A DNA stretch of 64,000 bases from Thecamonas trahens ATCC 50062. Taxonomy: Eukaryota; Protista; Apusomonadida. A program made the translations under genes and the position numbers. Below the pieces are notes generated by a model that saw nothing but the letters and a program-made list of their open reading frames with translations, was not told the DNA's origin and made no database searches. Location: positions 248,001-312,000 of the forward strand of contig NW_013657652.1 of NCBI RefSeq assembly GCF_000142905.1. The letters run 5' to 3'. Positions 1 to 10,590 of this stretch are shown here, in pieces (within the stretch, counting starts at the first letter, position 1; every line of letters starts with the position of its first letter).

Positions 1-20
1 TACTGCCGTTTGCTTTACGT

Positions 21-1814
21 TTACCGGGAGAACTGGCGGCCCTTGGTGTTCTTCATCTTGAACCGGGAGGCCGTGCTGGTGGACGGGGCAACAGAGCGAT
101 GGCCGGACGAGCCGTAGGGGTCGTCGGCGGAGAAGCCGAGCTTGCGACGCTTGGCCTCCTGCTTAGCCCATCCCGAGCCAAAGCCGCCACCGCCGCCGCG
201 GCGCTCGATGCGAGTGCCCTTGGACGACTGAACGTTGAGGTGAACCTTGGGCGGGGTGCGGAAGCCAAAAGAGAGGGCAACCTCGAGGAGGTCGAGCTGG
301 TGGACGTTAAAGATGTCCTTGAGCGAGTGCGAGGCGTAGGCCTGCAGGTAGGAGCGGTAGCCGTCCCGGGCGGCCTTGTTGAGGTAGTAGTTCTTCTCGA
401 TGAGGGCCTCGAGCTGCGACTGGATGTTGGCAATCTTGCCCTTGGCCAGCTCAAACTCGTTGAGCGGGACGCGAGCCTGGCGAAGGAAGCGGAGGAAGCC
501 CAGCTCCTCGGGCAAGAGGAAGAGCAGGGCACGGCCGCGGGCGCCGGCACGGGCGGTACGGCCCACGCGGTGGATGTACTCCTTGGGGTCGTCCGGCGGG
601 TCGTACTGGACGATCCAGTCGACGTCCGGAATGTCGAGGCCTCGGGCGGCGACGTCTGTGGAGATGAGGATGCCGGCCTTGGCCTCGATAAACTTCATGA
701 ACGTCGTCGTCCGCTTGTTCTGCTTCTGGCGGCCGTGAAGGTCGAGGCACGGCACATCGACGTAGGTCAGCAGCTCGGCGTAGAACTTGACGGCGTTGCA
801 AGACGACATAAAGACGATGATCTTCTTCTTGCGGTTCTTCTTGAGGAAGGTGAACAGGAGGCGGAAGCGGTCGGCTGACGGGCACACCACGTAGCCCTGT
901 TCGAGCCCGGCGGCGGTCGACGCTGCCAGCTCGTCGTGGACACCCACGTACGTCGGCGACTTGAGCGAGAGCCGCGCGAGGTCCTGAATGTTCTTGGTCT
1001 GCGTCGCCGAGAACAGCATCGTCTGCCGCTCCTTGGGCAGCAGGTACAGGATCTGCCTCAGCTCCTCCTCGAAGCCAATGTCGAGCATGCGATCGGCCTC
1101 GTCAAGGACAAGGACCTGCACGTTGCGGTAGATAAAGTCGGTCGTGTTCTGCAAGTGGTCCAGCAGCCGCCCGGGCGTTGCCACAAGCAGGTTCTGGCCC
1201 TTGGCCAGCTTCTCCACCTCGGTCCGCCGGTTGGCGCCTCCGATGATCAGCGCCCGCGACTGTGACTGGAACTGCATCAGCTCCTCGGCCACGTTCATGA
1301 TCTGGATGGCCAGCTCGCGCGTCGGCGTGATCACAATCGCGCCTGTTCCGTTCCGCGGCTTGAACCGGAGCTTGTGCAGCAGCTCAACCGTCGGAATGAG
1401 GAACGCGAGCGTCTTGCCCGATCCCGTCCGCGCCGCGCCGAGCACGTCGTTGCCGTCGAGCAGCAGCGGAATAGTCCGCCACTGCACCTCCATCATGTGC
1501 GTCATCCCCATCTCCGCCAGCGCGTTCTGCGTCGGCTCACTCAAGTCCAGCGAGGTGAACGCCTTGCTCGACGGCTTGCTCTCGCCCGGCAGCGGCTCGT
1601 TCTCGCCGTGTCCCGCAGACGCAGCCGCAGCCTCGGCCTCAGCCTCAGCCTCAGCCTCAGCCTCAACCTCAGTCTCGGTCTCGGTCTCCTTGCCCTTCTT
1701 GGCCTTGCCCTTCTTGGCCTTGCCCTTCTTGGCCTTGCCCTTCTTGGCCTTGCCCTTGGCCCCGCCCTCGACGTACTTGCTCACCTCGTCGTCCGACCCG
1801 TCCGAAGCAGCCAT
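21..1814 (-). CDS. DDX18: DEAD-box RNA helicase Has1/DDX18 (ribosome biogenesis)
   Basis: [28 protein letters not shown] and HRVGRTAR motifs plus the Has1-type tail ([25 protein letters not shown]). Start placed at ATG 1814 (MAASDGS). Confidence 0.95.
   Translation of the reverse strand: MAASDGSDDEVSKYVEGGAKGKAKKGKAKKGKAKKGKAKKGKETETETEVEAEAEAEAEAEAAAASAGHGENEPLPGESKPSSKAFTSLDLSEPTQNALAEMGMTHMMEVQWRTIPLLLDGNDVLGAARTGSGKTLAFLIPTVELLHKLRFKPRNGTGAIVITPTRELAIQIMNVAEELMQFQSQSRALIIGGANRRTEVEKLAKGQNLLVATPGRLLDHLQNTTDFIYRNVQVLVLDEADRMLDIGFEEELRQILYLLPKERQTMLFSATQTKNIQDLARLSLKSPTYVGVHDELAASTAAGLEQGYVVCPSADRFRLLFTFLKKNRKKKIIVFMSSCNAVKFYAELLTYVDVPCLDLHGRQKQNKRTTTFMKFIEAKAGILISTDVAARGLDIPDVDWIVQYDPPDDPKEYIHRVGRTARAGARGRALLFLLPEELGFLRFLRQARVPLNEFELAKGKIANIQSQLEALIEKNYYLNKAARDGYRSYLQAYASHSLKDIFNVHQLDLLEVALSFGFRTPPKVHLNVQSSKGTRIERRGGGGGFGSGWAKQEAKRRKLGFSADDPYGSSGHRSVAPSTSTASRFKMKNTKGRQFSR
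1627..1760. repeat. Coding tandem repeats in the helicase N-terminus: 6-bp (EA/ET)n followed by a 15-bp unit encoding GKAKK
   Basis: gcctca repeats at about 1627-1680, then (tgcccttcttggcct) about 4 times at about 1690-1760. Confidence 0.85.
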
Positions 1815-2249
1815 GTCCTCCTCTGTCCACACCACACAGCCCCGCCCACCCCTATGAGTCCCACTCGCATGACCTGCCCACCTCCACACGCCTGTCACCT
1901 ACCCCCCATACTCCTCCTGGCCCCTCTACAGCTCCTGTCCGCAATCCATTCCCCCCCCCCTCCCCCCCATCCGGCCGTCCCCATCCCGGTCCCCGCCTAT
2001 CGGGTGGTGGTCTTCGAGATGGTTCGCTTTGGCCCATCCATCCATCCGCCGACTCCACCACACACCACATCACACCATCACGCCATCGATGTGCAGTGGC
2101 TGGCCATATCCACAAGTGGAATGCTCAGTCTCCTCTGCGCTTGCCGATGACGAAAGCTCCTCAAAAGCGGGCTCCGGCTCGGGCTCGCGGCGGCGCTTGC
2201 GGCAACACACCTGTCTGTCCCTCCACACCCCTCCCCATCCACACCCTCG

Positions 2250-2699
2250 ATGGCCTTGCATTCCCTGCTTATATCCACCCTCGGCGGAAAGGTCCTTGCA
2301 GGCGTGTATTGGACAGAGACCGAGCCAGAGGCCCGTGGCGAGTGGCAGGCCGCCGTGGCCAGCGCCACCGCCAGCGAGTGGCGCGACCTCGAGCCGGGCG
2401 TCAATCTCGTTGCTGCGCTCGCCTTTCCGGGCACAGGCGCCGACATGGCTGTGGTCTACACCGTCCTCGGCTCGCTCATGCTTTTTGTCTCGGGCGAGCT
2501 GGCCCAGACCGACGAGCTCGAGCTGGCGGCCGCGCTCGGCCTCATCAGCGACGCCGTCGACGGCGCCATTAAGAAGCCGACCGAGGAGGCCTTCATTGCC
2601 AGCTACGACAAGGTTGTGCTCGCTCTCGACTTGCTGGTGTGGGACGGCGTGCTGCAGTCGGCCGACCGTGCCGTGCTCAAGCGAATGGCCAAGGTGTAA
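2250..2699 (+). CDS. TSPOON: TSET/TPLATE complex small longin subunit (TSPOON/LOLITA; sigma-adaptin/zeta-COP-like)
   Basis: 149-aa longin-fold size. VVYTVLG...DELELA...KKPTEEAFIASYDKVVLALDLLVWDGVL aligns by eye with plant LOLITA as recalled (IVYTMLG...DELALA...KPPTERVFLDKYGRICLCLDEIVWNGLL). Confidence 0.8.
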   Translation: MALHSLLISTLGGKVLAGVYWTETEPEARGEWQAAVASATASEWRDLEPGVNLVAALAFPGTGADMAVVYTVLGSLMLFVSGELAQTDELELAAALGLISDAVDGAIKKPTEEAFIASYDKVVLALDLLVWDGVLQSADRAVLKRMAKV

Positions 2700-2704
2700 T
2701 GTCC

Positions 2705-5700
2705 TCAGCGCGCGGTGGCGAGGATCGCGTCGAGCTTGGCCCGCGCCGCCCGCACATCGCGCTCGGCTGTGTCCAGCTCGGCGGCCACCGACGATTCGAG
2801 GACCTCGTTCACCGGGCGCAGCTGCGAGCGCGGAATGTCGGCGGCAATCTGGCCGGGCGACGCCACATCGACCGCCTCCAGCGTCGCCGCCATCGCCATC
2901 GACGCCTTGGCCTCGTGCAGCACCCGCTTAGCGCGCTCGACGGCCGCAAAGTGCTTTGGTCTGCCACTCGCCCGCTCGCCGGTGTTGGGCGACGTATGCG
3001 TCGCCGCCAGCGCCGGGGCATGCTCTGGATCAAGTGTCGAGAGCAGCTGTGCAACCCGGGCCTTGGTCGCCGCCACCTTGCGCGGCGAGATCGAGCGCCG
3101 ACTCGCTGTCTGCCGCACCGCCGTACCGCCGCCACCTATGCTTGCCGCCGAGTTCTGCAGGTTTGCCGCGTACGCCGCGTTCTCCTTAGCAGTCGCCGCC
3201 GCCGAGCGGAATGCCGCCCGCGACGACTTGACCGCCCGCGAGAGCCGCTCCTCCTCGGTGGCGAGCGCGAGCTTCTTCTCTTGCTCTACCTCGAGCTGCA
3301 GGGCCGACCGCTCCTTGGCTGCGAGTGCGACCAGCCGCGACTCGCGCTCCAGCTCGACCGCCTCCTCAAGCTTGGCCTTGGCCGACATGGCCACCCGCCG
3401 CGCCTCTTGCTCGGTCTCGAGCTCGCGCTGTGCCTTATTGCGAGCCTCCAGCGCGGCCTGCGCCTCAGCCTGCGCCTCGGCCAGCTCGGCCTGCAGCGTG
3501 TGGACCTCCTTCTCCATCGTCACCCGCGCAGCCTTGGTCTCCGAGAGCTGGTCGAGCGTCGAGTCGCGGAGCGCCGATGCGCGGGCAAACACACCACGCT
3601 CGCGCTCGAGCGTCTCCTTTGCCGTCGCTGTGTCGGCCTCAGCGTGCGCAATGGCCTCGCGGACCCGGGTCGTCTCGCCGCGGATCGTGTCGAGCTCGGC
3701 TGCCTTGGCCTTAAACTCAGACTGCAACGCAGTGTATCCGCCCTGTGCCTCGCCGAGCTGCTTTGCGAGCGAGGCAACTTGCGCCTCAACGCTCGCCCGC
3801 CGCGCTTCGGCCTCCTCGACCTGCGCCGCAAGCGTGAGCACCCGCGCGTCGGCCGACGCCTTGCGATCGGCCAGTTCGGCAAGCTCTGTCCCCAGCCGGC
3901 CCTCGTCGCCCACCAGCTTGGCTAGCGACGCGTTGTGGTCGTGGATGGCCGCGGTCTTGGCGTCGATGGACGCGCTCGCTTCGTTAATGGCCGTCACAAG
4001 CTCGTCCTCTTCGCCCGCCTTCTCCGCCAGCTCGCTCTGCAAGCCATCGCGTCGCGTCTTGAGCGCCGTCAGCGCCGAGTCGGCTTGGTCCAGCGCCGCA
4101 GAGAGGCGGGTGCACTGCTCGCGGACTCGCGCGAGCTCGACTCGCAGCGTCGAAGCCGCGGCCTCGAGCGCGTCCTCATCTCGAGCTCATTGGCCAGTGC
4201 TGCCTTGAGCTGCGCCGACTCGACCTCGACCTCGTTCTTCGACAGGAGCTGCGCCTCCACGGCCTGTGCCAGCCGAGCGTGGTGAGCGACAGCAGACTCC
4301 GAGTCAGCGTGGGCAAGTGCGAGCTCGCGCTCTAGCGCCTCGATTTGGTGAGAGACCACGGTGTGCTCTTCCGCCACCGACGACCGCAGTGCCTCCAGCG
4401 ACGCCCGCGAGTCAGACAGCGCTGCTGTCGAGTCCTGCATCACCTCAGTCTCGGTCTGCAGCGCCTCCACCTCGTCGGCCATGCGGACAAAGGCATCGAT
4501 CGAGGCGTCGCGGGTGACGCGCGCGCTCTCGTGCTCGTGCTCTATCGATGACGTCGACGCCCGCAGGGACGCCGAGAGCTCGGTCGTCGACCGTGCCAAC
4601 CGCGCACGCTGCGCTGCGAGCGCGTCCATGTCACGCCGCAGCCGCTCAGACGTCCGCTTCGTCGCCTCCAGCGATGCCCGCGAGTTGGCCAGCTCATCAG
4701 CGAGGGCATGCGACTCGCGGTGCCGGGCCGACAGCGCCCCACGCGACCGCGCTGCACTCGCTCCGAGCTCGGCATTGGCAAGCTCCTGCAGCGTCGCCGC
4801 CACCGACCGCACAGGCGGAGATCGGCTCGCACCACCCAGCGGCAAGGTCTGCAGCGGCGAGCTTCGCAATGGCGTTCGCGATGGTCGCACCGCCGCTGTT
4901 GACGAGTGGTTTGGCGAGTTCCAGAAGACAGCCGAGGCCTGTGACGGCGCGGCGACGCGCGGCGACCCGCGGCTTGACTGCCGCGCCGCGTACCGCTGAA
5001 ACTCATGCGTCCGCGCAAGTGACGAGGTCGCGGCCGCAACCGAGCGGCTTGCCCGGGCCGGTGTGCTTCCCCCATTGGACTTGCCAGAGAGCATCGCCGA
5101 CAGCCGAGCCATTCGCTCGGCCTTGGATGGCGCGGCACGGTGCGACGCGGAGGCCTGGCGGAGCGAGGGCCGTCCGCCGCTGCTTCGCGGCGAACTCGCC
5201 GGCGCGCCGACAATGACCACCAACGAGTGTGCGCCGCCAGCGGCAAGAGCACGAACTCGCGCCGTGGCCAGGCCCGGAACAAGCGCTGGGACACCCGGCG
5301 AGGCGCATCCGGGCTCGTCTCCGGCGGTCGGCCGGCCGAGGCGGCCGTACATGTCGTTGCCCCACGAGTAGAGGGAGCCGTCGGCGGCAAGCGCCAGAGT
5401 GTGGTCATCGCCAGCGGCGACGTCAACAAAGGAAAGCTGCGGGAGCGGCTGGACAAGAGCGAGCGCCGACTTTCCCACCGCCAAGTGTAAAGCGCGCCGT
5501 TGGCGGCAACCGCGGCGCCGTGATACTGGCCGGCAGCGACTGCCGTGATACCGAGATCCATGAGCTGGTCCATAGGCGTCGGGCTCAGCTTGCCAAAGCC
5601 CCATGCATAGACTGCGCCCGTCGACTGCGAGAGCGCCATCCCGCAGTGAGTCCCGGCCGCGACATGGGTGATGCTCGCTCCGTCGAGCTTGGCGAGCCGC

Positions 5701-6521
5701 ACTGGCGAGAGCGCCGAGAGCGTCGAGCCTGTCCCGAGCCGGCCATACATACCCGATCCGGTGGCCAGGACGCCGCCGGCCGACGTAAGAAAGAGCGTAA
5801 AGTCTGAGCCGGCCGCAATGTCGACAATCCGCTCGCCAGCGTCGAGCACGTCGACAAACGAGACAGCGACGGGCGAGCACTCGGAGCCGGTCCCGCCGGT
5901 CCCGAGCTGGCCGGACGAGCCGCGACCCCAGGCAAAGACATTCCCAGCAGCATCAAGTGCCACAGTGTGTGCGCCACCGGCCGAGACGCTCGCAATGCGA
6001 ATGCCGTCCAGTGCCACCACCTGAGTCGGCAGAACGGCCTGCCCAGTGGCGCCGAGGCCCAGTTGGCCGTCGTCTGCGAAAAAGCGCGCCAAAGTGGTGG
6101 AGGAGGCGGGGGGGGGGGGGGGGGGGGAGGCACGGTGAGTGGCACAGGAGGGGGGGAAGAGGGGAGAGGGGGAGGAGGGAGGGAAGGAGGGAAAGAGGAG
6201 GGAAAGGGCGACATAGGCGGTGGATGGCGGGGCGTATGGGCCCGTGCAGGGGGGCGCGGCAGAGGGGACAGGCACGGCCGCAGAGAGGGACAGGATCATG
6301 ATCGGGATCGGTGGCGTACCTCCCTTGCCCCAGGTGTAGACGGCACCGTCTGCAGAGAGGGCAGCAGAGTGGTACTCGCCGGCAGTGACAGCAGCGATGC
6401 AAACGCCATCGAGGGCAGCGAGTAAGCGAGGCGAGCGGATGGACGAGGTGGCGCCGGTCCCGCACTGGCCGTACATGGAAAAGCCAAAGGCCGCCACCCG
6501 GCCTGCCGAGTGCGCGTTCAT
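2705..6521 (-). CDS. RCC1-repeat beta-propeller protein with Ser/Arg-rich linker and long C-terminal coiled coil
   Basis: Repeated AGxxH(S/T)xxL...VYxWG...GQLG RCC1 units. Intron 6319-6074 (GTACGC...CGCAG) joins WGKG|DDGQLG. Two apparent single-base frameshifts at about 5485 and 4180 link the three ORF segments. Confidence 0.75.
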
Positions 6522-6692
6522 GGCCAAGCGGGCGACAGGTCTTGCCTCGTCCGCTCGCCTGCCCGCTCGGCAGACGCGGTGATGATGTTGTTGCTGCACC
6601 GATGGGGGAAAATGGATTTACGGCTGGCTAGCATGGGATGCCATGGCAATGCCCATGGATATAACCATCGGCCGACGGGGGGCGGGGTGGTC

Positions 6693-8036
6693 TTAGGCGG
6701 GGTACCCTGATCGAGTCGGGCATTGGCCATCGTCGCAGTACCGCGGCGCCGCACGTGGGAGTGAGTGAGGGGGAAACAGGGAAAAAAGCCGTGAGGAAAA
6801 GGCAGAAAGATAGGCAACTTACAGTTGATGTCGTACGACGCGCCACACTTGCTGCCAGCGTCGGAGAATTGCTTGATAGCGGGATGGGACCAGCCGTTGA
6901 AGGGCCGAAAGTCGTCAAACGACGGGACGCCGTCGTAGTCGGCGTACCAGAGCGGAAGATCCGAGGCAAAGGTGCCAGAGCCAACGATGCCCGGGTACTG
7001 CGAGAGCGAAGTGTACATGCCCAGGTGGAAGCCGACAGCGCGGGCCTCGGAGATGAGGTCCTGGATGAACTGGGCGTTGGCGTCGAGATCGTGGCCCCAG
7101 TACAGGCCCGGGCCCTCGATGTCGAGCCAGACCATACCGAAGCGGACATTGTGCTCGCTGAGGAATGTGTGCAGGTCCTGAACCTGACCCTGCGGGTTGC
7201 CGCAGCTAGAGCAGGCTGTGTGTGTGTGTGGGTGAGTGGGAGGGGAGGGAGGGTAGCGCCGGGAGGAGGGGTGGCAGGAGATGGAGCACGTACGCTGTAG
7301 ACGAGGCGAATGGAGGCAGGAAAGGTGTGAGCATGAGTCATGAGTAAGTGAAGAAAGAGGGTATGATGGCGATGGGGGGAGGGGGGAGTAGCGTACACTG
7401 TGGTCGAGATGCGCGCGCGCGGATACAGGTGGCGAGACGGGCTGGTGGTGTGAGTTGGGGGAAGAGGGAGGAGGGGGGGGGGGATGGATGGATGGATGGG
7501 ACGTACAACATGTACACGTCGACATCGTGCATGCCGCCTGCCCATGCGGCGGCGACGGTGCCCGGGGCGTTGGTGTCGGGCCTGCCGGTCGAGTGCCAGG
7601 CCTGTCGTGTCGCAGCGGGAGGGGGGAGGAGGAGGAGGAGTGAGTGCGAAAGGAAAAAGGAGGAGGAGGAGGAGGGGGGAGGGGGGAGGGGGGGTATGCA
7701 ATGGATACCCATGGCATGGCACTGGGTCCGTGTGGCTGCATGTGCCCGTGGTTGTACCCGTGGCGGCCTGTGTGCATCCAGCTGGCGGCAGGCACTGTTG
7801 CATGGCGCGACTGAGATCAGGTGCGGCGGAGCCGATGGGGAGGGGGGGGGGAGGAGGGGTGGGGTACATACACGGACAACGGTGTAGGTCAGGTTGAGGT
7901 TCACAAGGCAGCGCATCGAGTCGGTGGAGACCGGCTGGGAGACGTCGATGCCATAGACCCGCGAGGGGAAGGCAAGAGTAGAGCCGGCAAGAGCAAGGAT
8001 GACAGCAGCCGCAAGAACCAGCGGGAGCAGGTGCAT
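6693..8036 (-). CDS. Secreted GH25-like (protist/nematode-type) lysozyme; 6 exons including two 1-nt exons
   Basis: Signal peptide, GIDVS, VVR|AW, DVYMFPC, WLDIE, LWYADYDG, FxxFNGW, KQF, DINWYP*. Exons 8036-7872, 7601-7507, 7397, 7294, 7215-6823, 6706-6693. Confidence 0.88.
7294..7294 (-). other. Putative single-nucleotide exon (C) of the lysozyme gene
   Basis: Minus strand reads CTACAG-C-GTACGT, with branch point GCTCAC upstream at about 7332-7327. Supplies the first base of the CCC (Pro) codon. Confidence 0.8.
7397..7397 (-). other. Putative single-nucleotide exon (T) of the lysozyme gene
   Basis: Minus strand reads CCACAG-T-GTACGC, with branch point AACTCAC upstream at about 7456-7450. 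Completes the TTT (Phe) codon. Confidence 0.8.
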
Positions 8037-8340
8037 GGCGGGAGAGCGAGGGAGGTATGTCCGCTCTCCGCTCTCCGCCCGCCACTCGCTGGGGATGTCA
8101 CTTTTGGCGTGCGAACCTTCTCCGAGCCACCGCTTACAATGCCATCCATCACAAAAGGGCACTCCGGTTGGAGCAGGAATGGGACAGAGAGGCACTGGCA
8201 GCCATCATTAACGTATCTTCATGTCCACCTCATCGTCTGCACTGCCGTCTCTGTCTGTGTCTCCGGCTCCGGTTGCATTGCCACTGTCCGAGGCGGCAGA
8301 GGCTGCGTCAGCGACAGCACACCCCACTCGCACTCGGTTC

Positions 8341-9607
8341 ATGTCCGACGCCACCAACCTGCCCAACGCGCCCGAAGTCGCCCGCTCGTCGGTCCTCTCG
8401 CCGTCGTCATCGACGCCCGAGACGGCCGAGGTCAAGGGCTACGACTTTAACAACGGCATCGACTACGAGGCCATGCTCAAGGCGTACGCCACCACCGGCT
8501 TCCAGGCCACCAACCTGGCCAAGGCCATCGACCAGGTCAACGCCATGCTCAAGTGGCGGCTCTCGGACGAGCCTGTCGACGACGACGAGACCGAGGACTA
8601 CACCGACCCCGAGGTCCGCGCCCGCACCCGCTGCAAGATCTTCCTCGGCTACACCTCCAACCTCGTCTCCTCGGGCCTCCGCGAGACCCTCCGCTATCTG
8701 GTCGAGGTACGTGCTCACTCGCAGGCACACCCATCCATCCATCCCCCGCAGCCATGCCCCTCCCCCTCCCCGTACCCGCCCCCCTCCCCGCACCTGCCCC
8801 CCTCCTCCCTGACTCACCCTCCTCCCCCCCCTCGCCCCGCCGCGCCAGCACCGCATGGTCGACGTCGTCGTCTCCACCGCCGGCGGCATTGAAGAGGACT
8901 TTATCTCGTGCCTCGCGCCGTCTTACCTCGGCGACTTTGCGCTCAAGGGCAAGACGCTCCGCGACGCCGGGCTTAACCGCATCGGCAACCTGCTGGTGCC
9001 GAACAACAACTACTGCGCCTTCCAGGACTGGATCTTCCCCATTCTTGACGCCATGGTGGAGGAGCAGAAGACCCACGGCGTGGTCTGGTCGCCGTCCAAG
9101 ATGATCCACCGCCTCGGCAAGGAGATCAACGACGAGCGCTCCATCTACTACTGGGCGTACAAGAACAACATCCCGGTCTTCTCGCCAGCCCTCACCGACG
9201 GCTCCATCGGCGACATGATTTACTTCCACTCGTACGAGAACCCCGGCCTTGTCCTCGACATCGCCTCAGACATCCGCCGCATGAACAACCAGGCCGTGTT
9301 TGCCAAGAAGACTGGCGCGGTCATCTTTGGCGGTGGCCTCATCAAGCACCATATCCTCAACGCCAACCTCATGCGCAACGGCCTCGACTACTGCGTCCTG
9401 GTCAACACTGCCGCAGAGTTTGACGGCTCCGACGCCGGCGCCCGCCCCGACGAGTCCATCTCCTGGGGCAAGATCCGCGCAAACGCCGATCCTGTCAAGG
9501 TCTACGCCGAGGCCACCCTCGTTGTTCCGCTCCTCGTCGCAGAGACCTTTGCCAAGAACTTTGAGCCCAAGACCGAGCCCATTCCCGAGGACGACGAGGA
9601 CTTTTGA
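8341..9607 (+). CDS. DHPS: Deoxyhypusine synthase
   Basis: [52 protein letters not shown]. Intron 8707-8848 joins YLVE|HRMVD. An upstream ATG at 8221 is possible. Confidence 0.95.
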
Positions 9608-10203
9608 AGCGGTTCCTCTCCGCCGCCTGGGGCCTGCCATCCTCAGGCGGGAGCGCTACTCTCCACGCCACCTGCCCGCCCGTCTCAACTCTGCCGTCTC
9701 CTTATGGTCGCCCGTAGATCGCTGCCATTGCCTTTCGCCGTGTTGTGTAAAGTATGTCTTCCATCCGTATCAGCATGGGTCATGTTGCGTATGGCCCAGT
9801 TTTGTGATCACCGAATTCGCCACAGCCTCGCCTCGTCCCGCCTCGCCGCGCTCCCCGCCCCATTCCGACTCTGGCACGCACTGGCCTCGATCGCCTGTGC
9901 ACCCCAGCTCTTCACCCCAAGCAGTATGACTACCAGGCTAATCTCTTTATGTCATCGTCTCTTACGGGCATGCAGCTTGCCGATTGGCCCACCCCGTGCC
10001 AGCCACGCTCCTGGCGCGGCGCTGCTGTGCAGCGCAGCGCAGCTGCGCAGCGTCCGGCAAGGCCTTGGCCCCATCGCGAGCACATCGCCACGACACCTCG
10101 TGCTCCTGACGACTTCTCAAGCTGACTCTTGTCGCGGCAGGCGCATCAGGCGCCACAGCCTCAGCCAACCGGGGAGAGACTCGCCTCCTTCCGTGGGCGC
10201 CGT

Positions 10204-10473
10204 CTAGCCGTCCTCAGCGGGCGGCATGGTGTTTGCGGACGGCGGAGGGGCGCTGTGCGGGGCAGGCAGCCTGCGCAGCAGGTCGTAGCGGACCCGTGCC
10301 ACCGAGTCGTTGCGTGCGACCGCAAGGTAGAGGCCCAGCGGCGGGTGTGCCAGGAACGAGGCCGTCGTGTCGCGGGCCTGCTCCTTTGCCCACGTCTCGC
10401 GGTCGGTCTCGGCCGACCCGGTCCCCGTATACCGCGCGTGCATATGGTCAAGCTTGTCCTGCACCGTGGCCAT
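10204..10473 (-). CDS. SF3B5: Splicing factor 3B subunit 5 (Ysf3)
   Basis: 89 aa. LDHMHARYTGTG...W...RDTTASF...YLAVARNDSVARVRYDLL matches the SF3b10 pattern. Confidence 0.88.
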   Translation of the reverse strand: MATVQDKLDHMHARYTGTGSAETDRETWAKEQARDTTASFLAHPPLGLYLAVARNDSVARVRYDLLRRLPAPHSAPPPSANTMPPAEDG

Positions 10474-10590
10474 GATGTCCTCTCACTCTTACTCTCTCTC
10501 TTTGCGTGTGTGTGTGTGTGTGGGGGGGGGGTGGGGGGTGGGAGTGGAGTGCTAGGCTTTGCGGTCGTCGGTCGACGGCCGGCCGGCAGG

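Noticed and set aside
9608-10203. 600-bp gap considered for an ncRNA or small gene
   Set aside because: No tRNA, snRNA or snoRNA hallmarks and no codon-biased ORF that I can support.
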